Part shown: piece by piece, positions 1 through 9,409 of the stretch
Layout of the letters: the number at the start of each line of letters is the position of its first letter
Numbering within the stretch: position 1 is the first letter of the stretch
Assembly (NCBI GenBank): GCA_035516895.1
Contig: DATIZY010000145.1
Span: 1-55,891 of the forward strand
Length of the DNA stretch: 55,891 bases
Direction: 5' to 3'
Source: Thermoanaerobaculia bacterium
GTDB taxonomy: Bacteria > Acidobacteriota > Thermoanaerobaculia > Gp7-AA8
Notes under the pieces: model-generated
What the model was told of the DNA's origin: nothing
What the model saw: only the letters and a program-made list of their open reading frames with translations
Database searches by the model: none
Made by a program: the position numbers and the translations under genes

Positions 1-33
1 CGTAGAAAAAGCACAACTGAAGCTCTGACCCCA
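1..33 (+). repeat. Solo or window-truncated copy of the 33-bp Tn3-like terminal inverted repeat seen at both ends of the 42816-43001 element
   Basis: Reverse complement (TGGGGTCAGAGCTTCAGTTGTGCTTTTTCTACG) matches 42816-42848 at 29/32 positions. Its orientation implies the rest of the element lies left of the window edge. It abuts the ALDH stop codon. Confidence 0.6.
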
Positions 34-1407
34 TTAGAGGTGTTTGATGGTGAAGTCGATCAGCTTTCGCTTCAGCGCGGTGTACGGCGGGTACAGCAGC
101 TGAATCATCGTGAACCGCGAGCGCTGCTCCAGCACCGCACGCGCGTTCGAGAAGGCCTCGAACCCGAACCGTCCGTGCGCTTTTCCGAATCCGCTCTGGC
201 CGACGCCGCCGAACGGCAGATGCACCTGATAAAAATGAATGAGCGTCTGGTTGATGACCGTCGCGCCGGCGCGCGTTTCGCGAAGCATGCGATCGACGAA
301 CGCTCGATCGCTGCTGAACAGATACATCACCAGCGGACGTTCCCGCTCGTTGATGATCTTCAGCGCCTCTCCGATGTCGCGGTAGCCGATCACCGGCAGC
401 AGCGGACCGAAAATCTCCTCGCGCATCAGCGCGGAATCGAGCGCCACGTCGTCGACGATGACGGTCTGCACGCTGCGTCCGTCGGTTTTGCCTTCCGCGA
501 GTCTGCTGATCCGCGCCGCGTGGCGATCGTTCACTAACCAGCTGCTCTCGATTTTCACTTCCTCACGGAGTTTTTCGAGAAACCGCGCGCGCACGCTCTC
601 GTCGACGAGAACGTAGTCGGGCGCGATGCAGATCTGCCCCGAGTTCATCGTCTTTCCCCACGCAATCCGCTTCGCCGCGACGTCGAGGTCCGCGCTGCGA
701 TCCACGATGACCGGCGACTTCCCGCCGAGCTCGAGAGTGACCGACGTGAGGTGCTCCGCGGCGGCCTTCATCACGACCTTTCCGATCTCGGGGCTGCCGG
801 TGAAAAAAATATGATCGAACTTCTTCCTGAGCAGCGCCTCGGCGACGGATGCGTCCCCTTCGATGACCGCGACTTCGCTTTCGTCAAACAGACCTGCAAG
901 GATTCGCTTCATGCACGCACTGGCGTGCGGCGTCATCTCCGAAGGCTTCAGAATCGCGCAATTTCCGGCCGCGATCGCGGAGACGAGCGGACCGAGAGTC
1001 AGATTGATCGGAAAGTTCCAGGGCGAAATGATCAGCACCACGCCCTTCGGCTCGTACACGATGTGCGAGCGCGAGCCGATCATCGTGAGTGGAGTCGCGA
1101 CGCGCTCGGGCCGCATCCATCGCCGCAGGTGCCGCATCGCGTGGCGCGCCTCGCTCACCACCGCGAAAATCTCCGACAGATCCACCTCGGCTGCCGGTTT
1201 GCGGTAATCGTCCCAGAGCGCCTGACGGATCTCGTCGCGGTGCGCGAACATCGCATCGTGCAGACGTTTCAGCTTCGCGACGCGTTCGGCGGCGGTCGTC
1301 CTCGCGATCTTCTCGCGTCGCGCCTGCTGGCGCTCGAAGATGCGATCGACGTCGTCGTTTACGGGAAGTCGATCTCCGCGATGTTCGCGAAGTTGGTATA
1401 CATCCAC
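34..1407 (-). CDS. NAD(P)+-dependent aldehyde dehydrogenase (class-3-like ALDH)
   Basis: 457-aa ORF with ALDH motifs FTGSPEIGKVV, LELGGKSP and the catalytic Cys context NSGQICIAPDY. The only in-frame start overlaps the upstream gene by 49 nt. Confidence 0.9.
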   Translation of the reverse strand: MDVYQLREHRGDRLPVNDDVDRIFERQQARREKIARTTAAERVAKLKRLHDAMFAHRDEIRQALWDDYRKPAAEVDLSEIFAVVSEARHAMRHLRRWMRPERVATPLTMIGSRSHIVYEPKGVVLIISPWNFPINLTLGPLVSAIAAGNCAILKPSEMTPHASACMKRILAGLFDESEVAVIEGDASVAEALLRKKFDHIFFTGSPEIGKVVMKAAAEHLTSVTLELGGKSPVIVDRSADLDVAAKRIAWGKTMNSGQICIAPDYVLVDESVRARFLEKLREEVKIESSWLVNDRHAARISRLAEGKTDGRSVQTVIVDDVALDSALMREEIFGPLLPVIGYRDIGEALKIINERERPLVMYLFSSDRAFVDRMLRETRAGATVINQTLIHFYQVHLPFGGVGQSGFGKAHGRFGFEAFSNARAVLEQRSRFTMIQLLYPPYTALKRKLIDFTIKHL

Positions 1408-2078
1408 TGTCCGGTACTCCGTTCGCGGCCGATGAAGTCGACTTCGTTTCCGAAGCAGCTGTCGTTGAAGTAGACCTGCGACTTGTCACCCGATTTCATC
1501 TCGACGTTCAGCGTCATCACCGGATTGTTCGCGCAGCAGGGGCTGAAGTTGACGCTCGTCGCCGGACCGACGATCTTCGCGATGTCGTATTTCGACGGCG
1601 CGAATTGCGTTCCGTCCGGTTTGCAGAAATTACCGCTGTCGTAACGAGCGTATCCGCTGAACGGAATGTAGTAAGCGAATTGCGAGCTGCCGAGGTCGAG
1701 AGTGTGCGATTCGCCGGAGGTGAGTTTGACGACGGCCGTCGGATGCGGCTTCGTCAATGTCACGTTGAGCGTTCCATCGTTCGACGGCGTGAACGTCGTC
1801 GTGACCGAGTCGTATGCGAAATCGTCGACGGTGACCAGCAGCGGCCTGCCGGCGGGCAGGCTGATCGAAAACTTTCCATCGGCGCCCGTGCCGTTGGGGC
1901 TCGTCCGGTACGTTCCGCTGTGCACGACGGCGCCGGCAACCGGCTTGCCCGAGGAATCGGTGACGACTCCGGTGACGGTGACGGTGCCCGGAACTTTCTC
2001 CACGCTTCGCTGGCGAACCGCCGCGAAAAGAGGCATCACAACGAGAACCATCGGGATGAACAATCGGAAACGGGACAT
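1359..2078 (-). CDS. Secreted protein with an N-terminal carboxypeptidase-regulatory-like (CarboxypepD_reg) domain
   Basis: Signal peptide MSRFRLFIPMVLVVMPLFAA, then VTVTGVVTDSSGKPVAGAVV...GADGKFSISLPAG. A GAGGAG SD lies upstream of the ATG. Confidence 0.7.
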   Translation of the reverse strand: MSRFRLFIPMVLVVMPLFAAVRQRSVEKVPGTVTVTGVVTDSSGKPVAGAVVHSGTYRTSPNGTGADGKFSISLPAGRPLLVTVDDFAYDSVTTTFTPSNDGTLNVTLTKPHPTAVVKLTSGESHTLDLGSSQFAYYIPFSGYARYDSGNFCKPDGTQFAPSKYDIAKIVGPATSVNFSPCCANNPVMTLNVEMKSGDKSQVYFNDSCFGNEVDFIGRERSTGQWMYTNFANIAEIDFP

Positions 2079-2128
2079 GGGTCTCCTCGATCAGAATTGG
2101 CCGGCAATACTACAGTACGGCGCACGCC

Positions 2129-3790
2129 ATGAAAGCGCTTGAGTTCATTTCCGAAGCCGAGCCCGCTCTTGCAGATGCAAACATTGAGCTGCAACGCGCC
2201 GAGTGGATCGCGCAGAACTTCATCACGCACGACACGCAGATCGTCGCTGCCGGCGCGAACGAGCGTTTCATCACTCTCGGCGTCGATCTGGCGAAACGCG
2301 CGGCGGCGTTCGACGGTGAGCGCGACCTTCCGTTCGACGTCCGCCGCAAGCTCGGTCTCCTCAAGTTGTCGCTGACCACGCCCGGACCGGGCGATCCGCG
2401 GAAGACGGCGGAGTTGGCGAAAATCGCCGCGACGATGGATGCGATGTACGGCTCGGCCGCGTACAACGGACTGGACGTCGAGGCGATCACAAAAATCATG
2501 CAGCGCGATCGCGATTCCGCTCGCCTGCTCGACGTGTGGCGCGGATGGCACGACGCGGCGCGTCCGCTCAAACCGCTGTACAGGCGATTCGTCGAGCTGA
2601 CCAACGAAGGCGCGCGCGAGCTCGGCTATCGCGACGCCGGCACAATGTGGCGATCGAAGTACGACATGCCTGCTGACGCGTTTGCCGCGGAGGTCGACCG
2701 GCTGTGGAGAGAGGTCAAGCCGCTCTACGATCTTCTGCATCGCCATGTCCGCCGCCGCCTCCACCTCCCTCCCGACCGCCCCACGCCCGCCCACCTCCTC
2801 GGCAACATCTGGGCGCAGGAGTGGGGCAACATCTACGATCTCGTCGCGCCGCGCGCGGCATACGCGTACGACCTCACGAGCATCCTCGAATCGCGCAGCG
2901 ACATCGACGAAGCCGGGATGGTGCGCATCGCCGAGCGGTTCTTCACATCGCTCGGCTTCGATCCGCTGCCGAAGAGTTTCTGGGAGCGATCGCTCTTCAC
3001 CCGGCCGCGCGATCGCGAGGTGGTCTGCCACGCGAGCGCGTGGGACATCGATGACGAGGACGACCTGCGCGTGAAGATGTGCATCGCGAAGAACGCCGAC
3101 TATTTCCAGACGATTCATCACGAGCTCGGACACAACTTCTATCAGCGCGCGTACAAAACGCAGCCCTTTCTCTACAAGGACAGCGCGAACGACGCCTTTC
3201 ACGAGGCGATCGGCGACACGATCGCGCTGTCGATCACCCCGAGCTATCTCGTCCAGATCGGACTGCTCGATCGCGAGCCGCCGCTGGAGAACGACATCCC
3301 GCTTCTGCTCCGCGAGGCGCTCGACAAGATCGCGTTCCTGCCGTTCGGAATCATGATCGACCAATGGCGCTGGCGCGTCTTTGCCGGCGAGATCACTCCC
3401 GACGACTACAACGAATCGTGGTGGACGCTGCGGCTTCAGTATCAAGGCATCGCACCTCCCATCGCACGCACGGACGACGATTTCGATCCCGGCGCGAAGT
3501 ACCACATTCCGGCGAACGTTCCGTACATGCGCTACTTCCTCGCGCGCATCCTCCAGTTTCAATTTCATCGCGCGTTGTGCGAGGCCGCGGGATTGCGAGG
3601 ACCGCTTCATCGCTCGTCGATTTACGGCAGCCGCGCCGCCGGCTCGCGCCTCGAAGCCATGCTCGCGATGGGCCGCAGCCGCCCGTGGCCGGAAGCGCTC
3701 GAGGCGATCTGCGGGACGCGCGCAATGGATGCGACCGCGATGCTCGACTACTTCGCGCCGCTGCGCGAGTGGCTCGAACAGCAGGACTGA
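2129..3790 (+). CDS. Peptidase family M2 (angiotensin-converting-enzyme-like peptidyl-dipeptidase)
   Basis: 553 aa with the HEXXH zinc motif HHELGHNFY, the downstream HEAIGDTIAL third-ligand motif and an ACE-like N-terminal helix region. Confidence 0.85.
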   Translation: MKALEFISEAEPALADANIELQRAEWIAQNFITHDTQIVAAGANERFITLGVDLAKRAAAFDGERDLPFDVRRKLGLLKLSLTTPGPGDPRKTAELAKIAATMDAMYGSAAYNGLDVEAITKIMQRDRDSARLLDVWRGWHDAARPLKPLYRRFVELTNEGARELGYRDAGTMWRSKYDMPADAFAAEVDRLWREVKPLYDLLHRHVRRRLHLPPDRPTPAHLLGNIWAQEWGNIYDLVAPRAAYAYDLTSILESRSDIDEAGMVRIAERFFTSLGFDPLPKSFWERSLFTRPRDREVVCHASAWDIDDEDDLRVKMCIAKNADYFQTIHHELGHNFYQRAYKTQPFLYKDSANDAFHEAIGDTIALSITPSYLVQIGLLDREPPLENDIPLLLREALDKIAFLPFGIMIDQWRWRVFAGEITPDDYNESWWTLRLQYQGIAPPIARTDDDFDPGAKYHIPANVPYMRYFLARILQFQFHRALCEAAGLRGPLHRSSIYGSRAAGSRLEAMLAMGRSRPWPEALEAICGTRAMDATAMLDYFAPLREWLEQQD

Positions 3791-3843
3791 TCACCGTCAG
3801 AGCGCGCGCAGGGAGCATCTCTCGCCTCGGTGCATTCGGACGT

Positions 3844-3869
3844 GTAGGGCACGGCTGCGCCGTGCCGAA
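3844..3869 (+). repeat. REP-like hairpin element, solo copy
   Basis: GTAGGGCACGGCTGCGCCGTGCCGAA. Stem GGCACGG/CCGTGCC, loop CTGCG. It lies between convergent genes. Confidence 0.8.
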
Positions 3870-3911
3870 CCCCCCGTCGCGCAATCTACGCAGGGTGGAA
3901 TCATTGCTTCG

Positions 3912-4163
3912 TCAGGCGCGCCGGAGAGCACGAAGAATCGCGATCAGAATCACCGCGCCGACGAACGCCGTGATGATCGCGCCGATCGTTCCGCCTGCGC
4001 CGATGCCGAGGAGGCTGAAGAGCCAGCCGCCGATGAAGGCGCCGATCACGCCGACGATCATGTCGCCGATCAATCCATAGCCGCCGCCACGCATGACTTT
4101 TCCGGCGAGCCAGCCGGCGATCAACCCGATCAGCAGAAACCAGATGAGCGTACTGAGTGCCAT
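3912..4163 (-). CDS. GlsB/YeaQ/YmgE family stress-response membrane protein
   Basis: The glycine-zipper membrane protein starts at the internal Met (MALSTLIWFLLIGLIAGWLAGK...). The 109-aa ORF (to 4241) has an implausible N-terminal extension. Confidence 0.75.
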   Translation of the reverse strand: MALSTLIWFLLIGLIAGWLAGKVMRGGGYGLIGDMIVGVIGAFIGGWLFSLLGIGAGGTIGAIITAFVGAVILIAILRALRRA

Positions 4164-4219
4164 GCTCGTGTCTGGTGCAATTGCTGAGCCGCCCACGGCA
4201 CGCCGGTTGAAATGAGTGA

Positions 4220-4576
4220 TTGGCGGAGACCACGATGCCATCCAAACTCATCGCAAGAATCGCCGCGGCCGCCGTGATCGGCTTCGCGATCGGCTTGCTC
4301 ATCGCCACGACCGAGCGGCTGTTCCTCTCGCATCCCCTGGCCGTCAGCAGCGGCGTTTATTACGGATACGGCCTGCTGTTCGCCGGATTCGTCCGGCCAA
4401 TCGCGGTTCCGCTGTTGTGGCCCGCACGGCTTCTGATCCCAGCCGCGGCGACATCGCCCGTCGCGACCAGCATCGCGATCATGGCCAACGCGCTGCTCTA
4501 CGCCGCCGCCGCCGCGGTCGCGGATCGCATTTACGCCGGGCGCGGACCCTCGAATTCGCCGCGGATGATCCCGTAG
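4220..4576 (+). CDS. Hypothetical multi-pass membrane protein
   Basis: 118-aa ORF with 3-4 hydrophobic segments and no recognisable family. Its 3' end overlaps the convergent GNAT gene by 46 nt. Confidence 0.4.
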   Translation: MAETTMPSKLIARIAAAAVIGFAIGLLIATTERLFLSHPLAVSSGVYYGYGLLFAGFVRPIAVPLLWPARLLIPAAATSPVATSIAIMANALLYAAAAAVADRIYAGRGPSNSPRMIP

Positions 4577-5055
4577 CATTCGACATCGACGTACTCGCCC
4601 CACTTTTTCAAGTGATGACGAAGCGTGCCTTCGTGGCGCATTCCGATCTTCTCGAGGACGCGCGCGGAAGCGGGATTTCTGCTGAACACCTGCGCGAAAA
4701 TACGCTGCAATTTTTGCTCGCCGAACCCGAAACGCACCATCGCCCTCCCCGCCTCGGTCGCATAGCCGCGGCCCCAGAACGGAACTCCGATCCAGTAACC
4801 GAGCTCGCCTCGATCGTGCGTAGGATCGACGACGAGTCCGATCGCGCCTGCGAGCTGACCCTCCGCCTCGATCGCGAAGACAATCTCCGCGCCCTCTTCC
4901 TGCTTTTCGATCCATGCCTCCGCCGCGCCGTCGGGATACGGATGCGGAATGTGCAGCGTGTTGAGCGCAACCTCGCGCGCGCCCGCGAGCCGCTGCACGT
5001 CGGGCGCGTCGTCGATCGTGAACGTTCGAAGGAGCAGGCGCTCCGTCTTCAGCAT
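4531..5055 (-). CDS. GNAT family N-acetyltransferase (RimJ/RimL-like)
   Basis: N-terminus MLKTERLLLRTFTIDDAPDV is typical of the RimJ/L subfamily. The acetyl-CoA motif region WGRGYATEAGRAMV is present. Confidence 0.85.
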   Translation of the reverse strand: MLKTERLLLRTFTIDDAPDVQRLAGAREVALNTLHIPHPYPDGAAEAWIEKQEEGAEIVFAIEAEGQLAGAIGLVVDPTHDRGELGYWIGVPFWGRGYATEAGRAMVRFGFGEQKLQRIFAQVFSRNPASARVLEKIGMRHEGTLRHHLKKWGEYVDVECYGIIRGEFEGPRPA

Positions 5056-5064
5056 CGCGAGAGT

Positions 5065-6642
5065 CTACGCCGTGACGAGATCGCGCACGCGCTGCGCGAT
5101 CTCGCGCTCGCCGGCGGAGATGCGATCGCGCTCGAGTGCGTCGAGAAGCGAGCGCAGAGATCGATAGGCATCGCCTCGCTCTGACGGCTCACGCAAGAGC
5201 GCGGAAGGCTCGATGCCGTGCGACGCGAGATAGTCGTCCACCGCGCCCCGCGTCTCGGCTGCGGTCGGCCGGACCAGACCGCGAACGCGCTCCCGAATGC
5301 GGCGGCTGCGCTTCAGCCGCGCGAGCGCGATTGCGCCGATCAGGACGGCGGCGGCGATCGCAGCGAGGAAGATGCCGATCGCGCGGACGCCCGGGATGTC
5401 GCGGCGCTCGGCGAGCGGCGGCGGCGGCTCTTCCGGCGACGCCGCGCTGACCATGAGCGTCGTCGCTTCGCAGCGGAGATGCTGACGCTGGCCGAGCGGC
5501 GTGAGGACCGTCGTGTCGAGGGCCGGGATCGTGAACGGGCCCTGCTGCGTCGGAAAAATCAGATACTCCCAGCGCCGCGTCATCATCGCATCGTCGTGCC
5601 TTCGGTCGACCATCGTCGCTTTGTCGATGATCTGGAGCGTTCCCTTCGGCGTTCGCTCGAACGCCGGCGGCGCCGCGCCGCGCAGGTTCGCGCGGCCGTT
5701 GAGCACGATGCTCATCGCGACCGGCCCGCCATTGCGCTGCACCGGCAGACCGCAGCGCAACGTCACGTCGCCGACCGCCGCGACGGGCGGGCCGGGTGGG
5801 ACGGCGCGCGCGCGAATGCTGATCGGCGACGAGCGCCGGTGCACGTCGACTTCCATTCCTTCGAACAGATCGAAGGGATTGCCGGTGCGCACGCGCTTGA
5901 GGATCGACGCATTCACGCCCATCGCCGGAATGGTCAGGAATCCACTGCGCAGCGGAAAGAGCGCGACGCGGCGAATCGGCAGCTTCTGCACGACGATGCC
6001 GTCGATCGCGAGCTGCACCGGCTGCTCCCCGCGCACATCCAGCTCCTCGGCCCAGAAATCTTCGAGCTTCGGGATCTCTCCGATCGCGTACTGCTGGACG
6101 GATGTCGCGTTGTACAGCCACCACGTCACGATCACTTCCTGACCTTCGAAGACCGCCGTTGGATCGGCGGAGGCGACGAGGAAGATCGGATCGCGATTCG
6201 TGGCGATCAGCTCGCGAAGAATCTTCGCCGGATCGTTCGTGCCCGCGGCGGCATCGGGAAGAACCTGGATGGAGATCGGCGCGAGCGTCTCGACCTGTCC
6301 GCCGGAGCCGTGCAACGTGACCGGTCCGATGACGGCACTTCCCGGCGCGCCCGGATGCGCGGTGTATTGAAAGGTCTTGCGGCGCGAAGTCTGACCGTTG
6401 ATGAAATCGAATTCCCTCGACACCGACGGCGCACCTTCGATCACGAGATTCCTCACCGGAAGCTTGATCGAATCGATTCCCGCGAAGCCGTCCTCGAGCG
6501 TGATCGTGATCGTCAGCGTGTCGTCGAGCTGCATGATCCGTTTGTCGACGGAGAGCTCGTTCGACCACAAATTTCGAATTTCAAACGAAAAATTGAAAAT
6601 GAAAAATAGAGCAATGACCGCTCGCCGCTTCGAATTCTTCAT
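5065..6642 (-). CDS. batD: BatD-like oxygen-tolerance protein
   Basis: 525 aa with an N-terminal signal/TM and a C-terminal TM (IGIFLAAIAAAVLIGAIALA). It is the last gene of a MoxR/DUF58/VWA/VWA/TPR operon. Confidence 0.75.
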   Translation of the reverse strand: MKNSKRRAVIALFFIFNFSFEIRNLWSNELSVDKRIMQLDDTLTITITLEDGFAGIDSIKLPVRNLVIEGAPSVSREFDFINGQTSRRKTFQYTAHPGAPGSAVIGPVTLHGSGGQVETLAPISIQVLPDAAAGTNDPAKILRELIATNRDPIFLVASADPTAVFEGQEVIVTWWLYNATSVQQYAIGEIPKLEDFWAEELDVRGEQPVQLAIDGIVVQKLPIRRVALFPLRSGFLTIPAMGVNASILKRVRTGNPFDLFEGMEVDVHRRSSPISIRARAVPPGPPVAAVGDVTLRCGLPVQRNGGPVAMSIVLNGRANLRGAAPPAFERTPKGTLQIIDKATMVDRRHDDAMMTRRWEYLIFPTQQGPFTIPALDTTVLTPLGQRQHLRCEATTLMVSAASPEEPPPPLAERRDIPGVRAIGIFLAAIAAAVLIGAIALARLKRSRRIRERVRGLVRPTAAETRGAVDDYLASHGIEPSALLREPSERGDAYRSLRSLLDALERDRISAGEREIAQRVRDLVTA

Positions 6643-6657
6643 TTGAAATTTGAAACT

Positions 6658-7272
6658 TCACCATCCAACGTGCAGCCTCTCGCCCTTCGCCCGGTGCATC
6701 CGCTGCAGCTCTTCCTGCTCCTGCTGCTGCACGGATCGAAGCAGCGACTCGATGTTCGCGTCGCCCTGCCGCTGTTGATCGGGCGCCGGATTCGCCTGCT
6801 GCGGCTGCGGTCGCGGCGAGGAGCCCTGTTGCGGCTGATTGGATCCGCCCTGCTGCCGCTGCTGCTGCGTTTTGCGCACGAGCGCGATCTCGAGATTGCG
6901 CTTCGCCGCCCCGTCGCCCGGCTGCAGCTTCAGCGCCTCGGTGAAATCGCGAATGGCCGAGTCGTATGCGTTCGACCCGAGCGCGCTCGTCCCGCGATTG
7001 AAGAGCGTGTCTTCGCGCAAACGCGCGTCGCTCATCGCCTTCATCAGCGTCGCCGAGCCCTGCTCGCGATCGCCCGCCGCCACTTGCGCGGTGCCGAGAT
7101 TGAATGCGCGCTGCGGAGACGCTGCGATCGAGTTCGCGTCAGCGAACGCTTTCACCGACTGCTCGTATTTTTTCTGCTGAAACGCCTTCACGCCGCGCGC
7201 GCTCGCCGCGTGCGAGTTCGTATCGCGCCAAAGCTGCGCGAGGTTGAAGACGAGGACCAGTGCCGCGATCAC
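6658..7272 (-). CDS. batC: TPR-repeat protein, BatC-like
   Basis: TPR-like helices followed by a Q-rich low-complexity tail. GTG start preceded by a GGTG SD. Position in the operon fits. Confidence 0.7.
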   Translation of the reverse strand: MIAALVLVFNLAQLWRDTNSHAASARGVKAFQQKKYEQSVKAFADANSIAASPQRAFNLGTAQVAAGDREQGSATLMKAMSDARLREDTLFNRGTSALGSNAYDSAIRDFTEALKLQPGDGAAKRNLEIALVRKTQQQRQQGGSNQPQQGSSPRPQPQQANPAPDQQRQGDANIESLLRSVQQQEQEELQRMHRAKGERLHVGW

Positions 7273-7357
7273 TCGGCACCTCGCTCATTGCGAGTGTGAG
7301 GGGCGTCTCGAGCCGGCGTGACCGGCGGAAGCCGGTCCCTACACTTGATTCGGGCCA

Positions 7358-8329
7358 TCACTCCGCACCTCGATTGACGAACGATCCGCAGAGGAGCGCG
7401 ACTGCCGCGAGCGCAAGCGGCCACTGGAACCGCTCGATCGGCACCTTCACGTTTTTCTTTTCGCCCTTCTCCGCCGGCGGCGCCGCGAGGGCATCGAGAT
7501 CGTGCTCGCCGAACGGGTTTTCGTAAAAGCGCCCGCCCGTCGACCTCGCGAGGTGCTGCATCACCTCGGGATGCGCATAGGTGTCGATCACCTGGCCGTT
7601 GTCGTCGCGCAGATCGCCGCCGTCCGCGCGCGGAATCGTGCTGCCGCTCGTCGTGCCGACGACGATCGACGACACCGCGATGCCGCGCTGCCGTGCGTTG
7701 CGCAGCGCGTCGTCGAGATGCGTTCCCTGATCCTCGCCGTCGCTGATGATGACGATGTCGCCTTTTTGCGCGGGATCGATGTCGACGAGCAGCGCCGCCT
7801 TGCTGATGGCGGCGCCGAGGTCGGTGCCGGGGTCGCCGACTTCACCGGTCTGGATCGAGTCGATCAGCTCCGCGACCGCCTCCTCGTCGCTCGTCAGCGG
7901 ACAAACGACTTCGCCGCGCGCTTCGAAGACGACGAGCCCGATGCGTCCCGTGTCGGCGTCGGCGATGCGTTTGGCGATCGCCTTCGCCGCGTCGAGGCGC
8001 GAGGCGCCCACATCGCGCGCGTCCATGCTGTCGGAGACGTCGATGGCGATGACGCGATTGCTCGCACGCTCCTCGACCGGAACGGTTTTGAAGCCGATAC
8101 GCGGTCCTGCGAGCGCCACCGCGGCCGCGAGCAGCGACAGCGAGACGAGATACGGCCGCAGCGCGCGGGCTGGATTGGCGACCCCGCGCAGCGCTTCGGC
8201 GATGAACCGCCGCGCGATGCGAATGCGATGGCGCTCGCGCGCGACGAGAAAAACGAGCGCCGCCGGCGCGACGAGCGCGAGCGCCAGAAGCGGCATCGAG
8301 CGAAATGTCAGGCCGAGATTTTCTGCCAT
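7358..8329 (-). CDS. batB: VWA domain protein, BatB-like
   Basis: Starts at MAENLGLTFRSMPLL and carries the MIDAS motif AIDVSDSM. The upstream 333 codons of ORF 7358..9328 overlap batA out of frame and were trimmed. Confidence 0.85.
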   Translation of the reverse strand: MAENLGLTFRSMPLLALALVAPAALVFLVARERHRIRIARRFIAEALRGVANPARALRPYLVSLSLLAAAVALAGPRIGFKTVPVEERASNRVIAIDVSDSMDARDVGASRLDAAKAIAKRIADADTGRIGLVVFEARGEVVCPLTSDEEAVAELIDSIQTGEVGDPGTDLGAAISKAALLVDIDPAQKGDIVIISDGEDQGTHLDDALRNARQRGIAVSSIVVGTTSGSTIPRADGGDLRDDNGQVIDTYAHPEVMQHLARSTGGRFYENPFGEHDLDALAAPPAEKGEKKNVKVPIERFQWPLALAAVALLCGSFVNRGAE

Positions 8330-9315
8330 AACGTTTCTCCCGACAGCAATGCGAGCGCGAGCGCGCCGAATGCGGCGGCGAGCGGCGTCGTGTACAGCTC
8401 GTCGATGCGCTCGCTCTTCGGCGCGGTCAGCTTCGTTTTCTCCAGACTGTCGATGCGGTTGAGGACGCGGCTCATCGTCTGCGCGTCGGTGGCTCGAAAG
8501 TATTCGCCTCCGGTCGTGTGCGCGATCGCCTGCAGCGTGTCCTCGTCGAGATCGGCGCGGATCAGCTGGTACGACGTCACGATCTCGCCGGTCAGCGGAT
8601 CCTCGCGTTTGATCGGAATCGGCACCGCCCCGCGGCTGCCCACTCCAATCGTATAAATTTTGATGCCTACTTTTGATGCGATATTTGCCGCGGTCATCGG
8701 CTCGATCGAACCGGCATTGTTCACGCCGTCGGTCACGAGAATGATGATGCGGCTTCGCGTCTTCGACGTGCGAAGTCGATTGACCGCGGTGGCGATGGCG
8801 TGCCCAATCGCGGTGCCGTCGCCGTTTTCCCCGACCTGCGCTTTGTCGAGGATCGCCTGCGCGATGTCGCGGTCGTACGTGATCGGCACGCGCGTCGCCG
8901 CGCGGACGCCGAAGGTGACGATGCCGATGCGGTCGTCCTGCCGCTTCGAAATGAATTCGCCGATGAGGTCCTTCGCGACGGCGAACCGGTTGCGCGGCCG
9001 GAAATCCTCCGCCGCCATGCTGCCCGACGCGTCGAGGGCGACGACGATGTCGACACCGTAGCGGTCGTTCGTCGCGAGGCGCGTGACTTTCTGCGGACGC
9101 GCGAGCGCGACGATCATCAACAGCGCGGCGAGGCACTCGAAGACGAAGGGCAGCCCGGCGAATCGCGCGCGCACCGGCAGCCTGGGCGAGACGAGGTTGA
9201 GCGACGAGACCGTGAATGCGCCGAATTTGCGGCGGCGATCGCGAACGACGAGAGCGATGCGCGCGACGACGAGCAGCGCGACGAGGAGCCACAGCGGCGA
9301 GGCGAAGTGGGTCAT
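8308..9315 (-). CDS. batA: VWA domain protein, BatA-like
   Basis: N-terminal TM segments and the MIDAS motif VALDASGSM. It overlaps the batB start by 22 nt. Confidence 0.85.
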   Translation of the reverse strand: MTHFASPLWLLVALLVVARIALVVRDRRRKFGAFTVSSLNLVSPRLPVRARFAGLPFVFECLAALLMIVALARPQKVTRLATNDRYGVDIVVALDASGSMAAEDFRPRNRFAVAKDLIGEFISKRQDDRIGIVTFGVRAATRVPITYDRDIAQAILDKAQVGENGDGTAIGHAIATAVNRLRTSKTRSRIIILVTDGVNNAGSIEPMTAANIASKVGIKIYTIGVGSRGAVPIPIKREDPLTGEIVTSYQLIRADLDEDTLQAIAHTTGGEYFRATDAQTMSRVLNRIDSLEKTKLTAPKSERIDELYTTPLAAAFGALALALLSGETLWQKISA

Positions 9316-9409
9316 GTGCGCCCCTCACCCGGCCCTTCGGGCCGCCCTCTGCCGGCGGGAGAGGGCACGGGAGTGCGGGCGTGCCCTCTTCCTCCGTGAA
9401 GGGCCGTCT

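Noticed and set aside
1359-1407. The 49-nt overlap between the ALDH start and the upstream gene's end as a sign of a frameshift or pseudogene.
   Set aside because: Both ORFs are full-length with intact motifs. No alternative in-frame start exists, and an overlap of this size on the same strand is unusual but tolerable.
2036-3610. Long ORFs antisense to, or out of frame with, confidently assigned genes. Examples are 2036..3610(-), 5218..6609(+), 20167..21387(-), 35307..36254(+), 36333..37823(+), 40973..41857(-), 43219..44151(+), 48041..49495(+), 49955..51754(+), 51874..53409(-) and 54751..55830(-).
   Set aside because: Their translations are Arg/Ala/Gly/Pro-rich low-complexity sequence typical of non-coding frames in GC-rich DNA. 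Each lies entirely opposite a gene with clear catalytic motifs.
7358-9328. N-terminal extensions of several track ORFs: 7358..9328, 9410..10639, 11011..12393, 17997..19679, 25152..25913, 25831..27369, 31309..32352 and 48047..49591.
   Set aside because: The extensions overlap the upstream gene in another frame and are Arg-rich. Internal starts give proper N-termini, SD sequences or ATGA/GTGA coupling.
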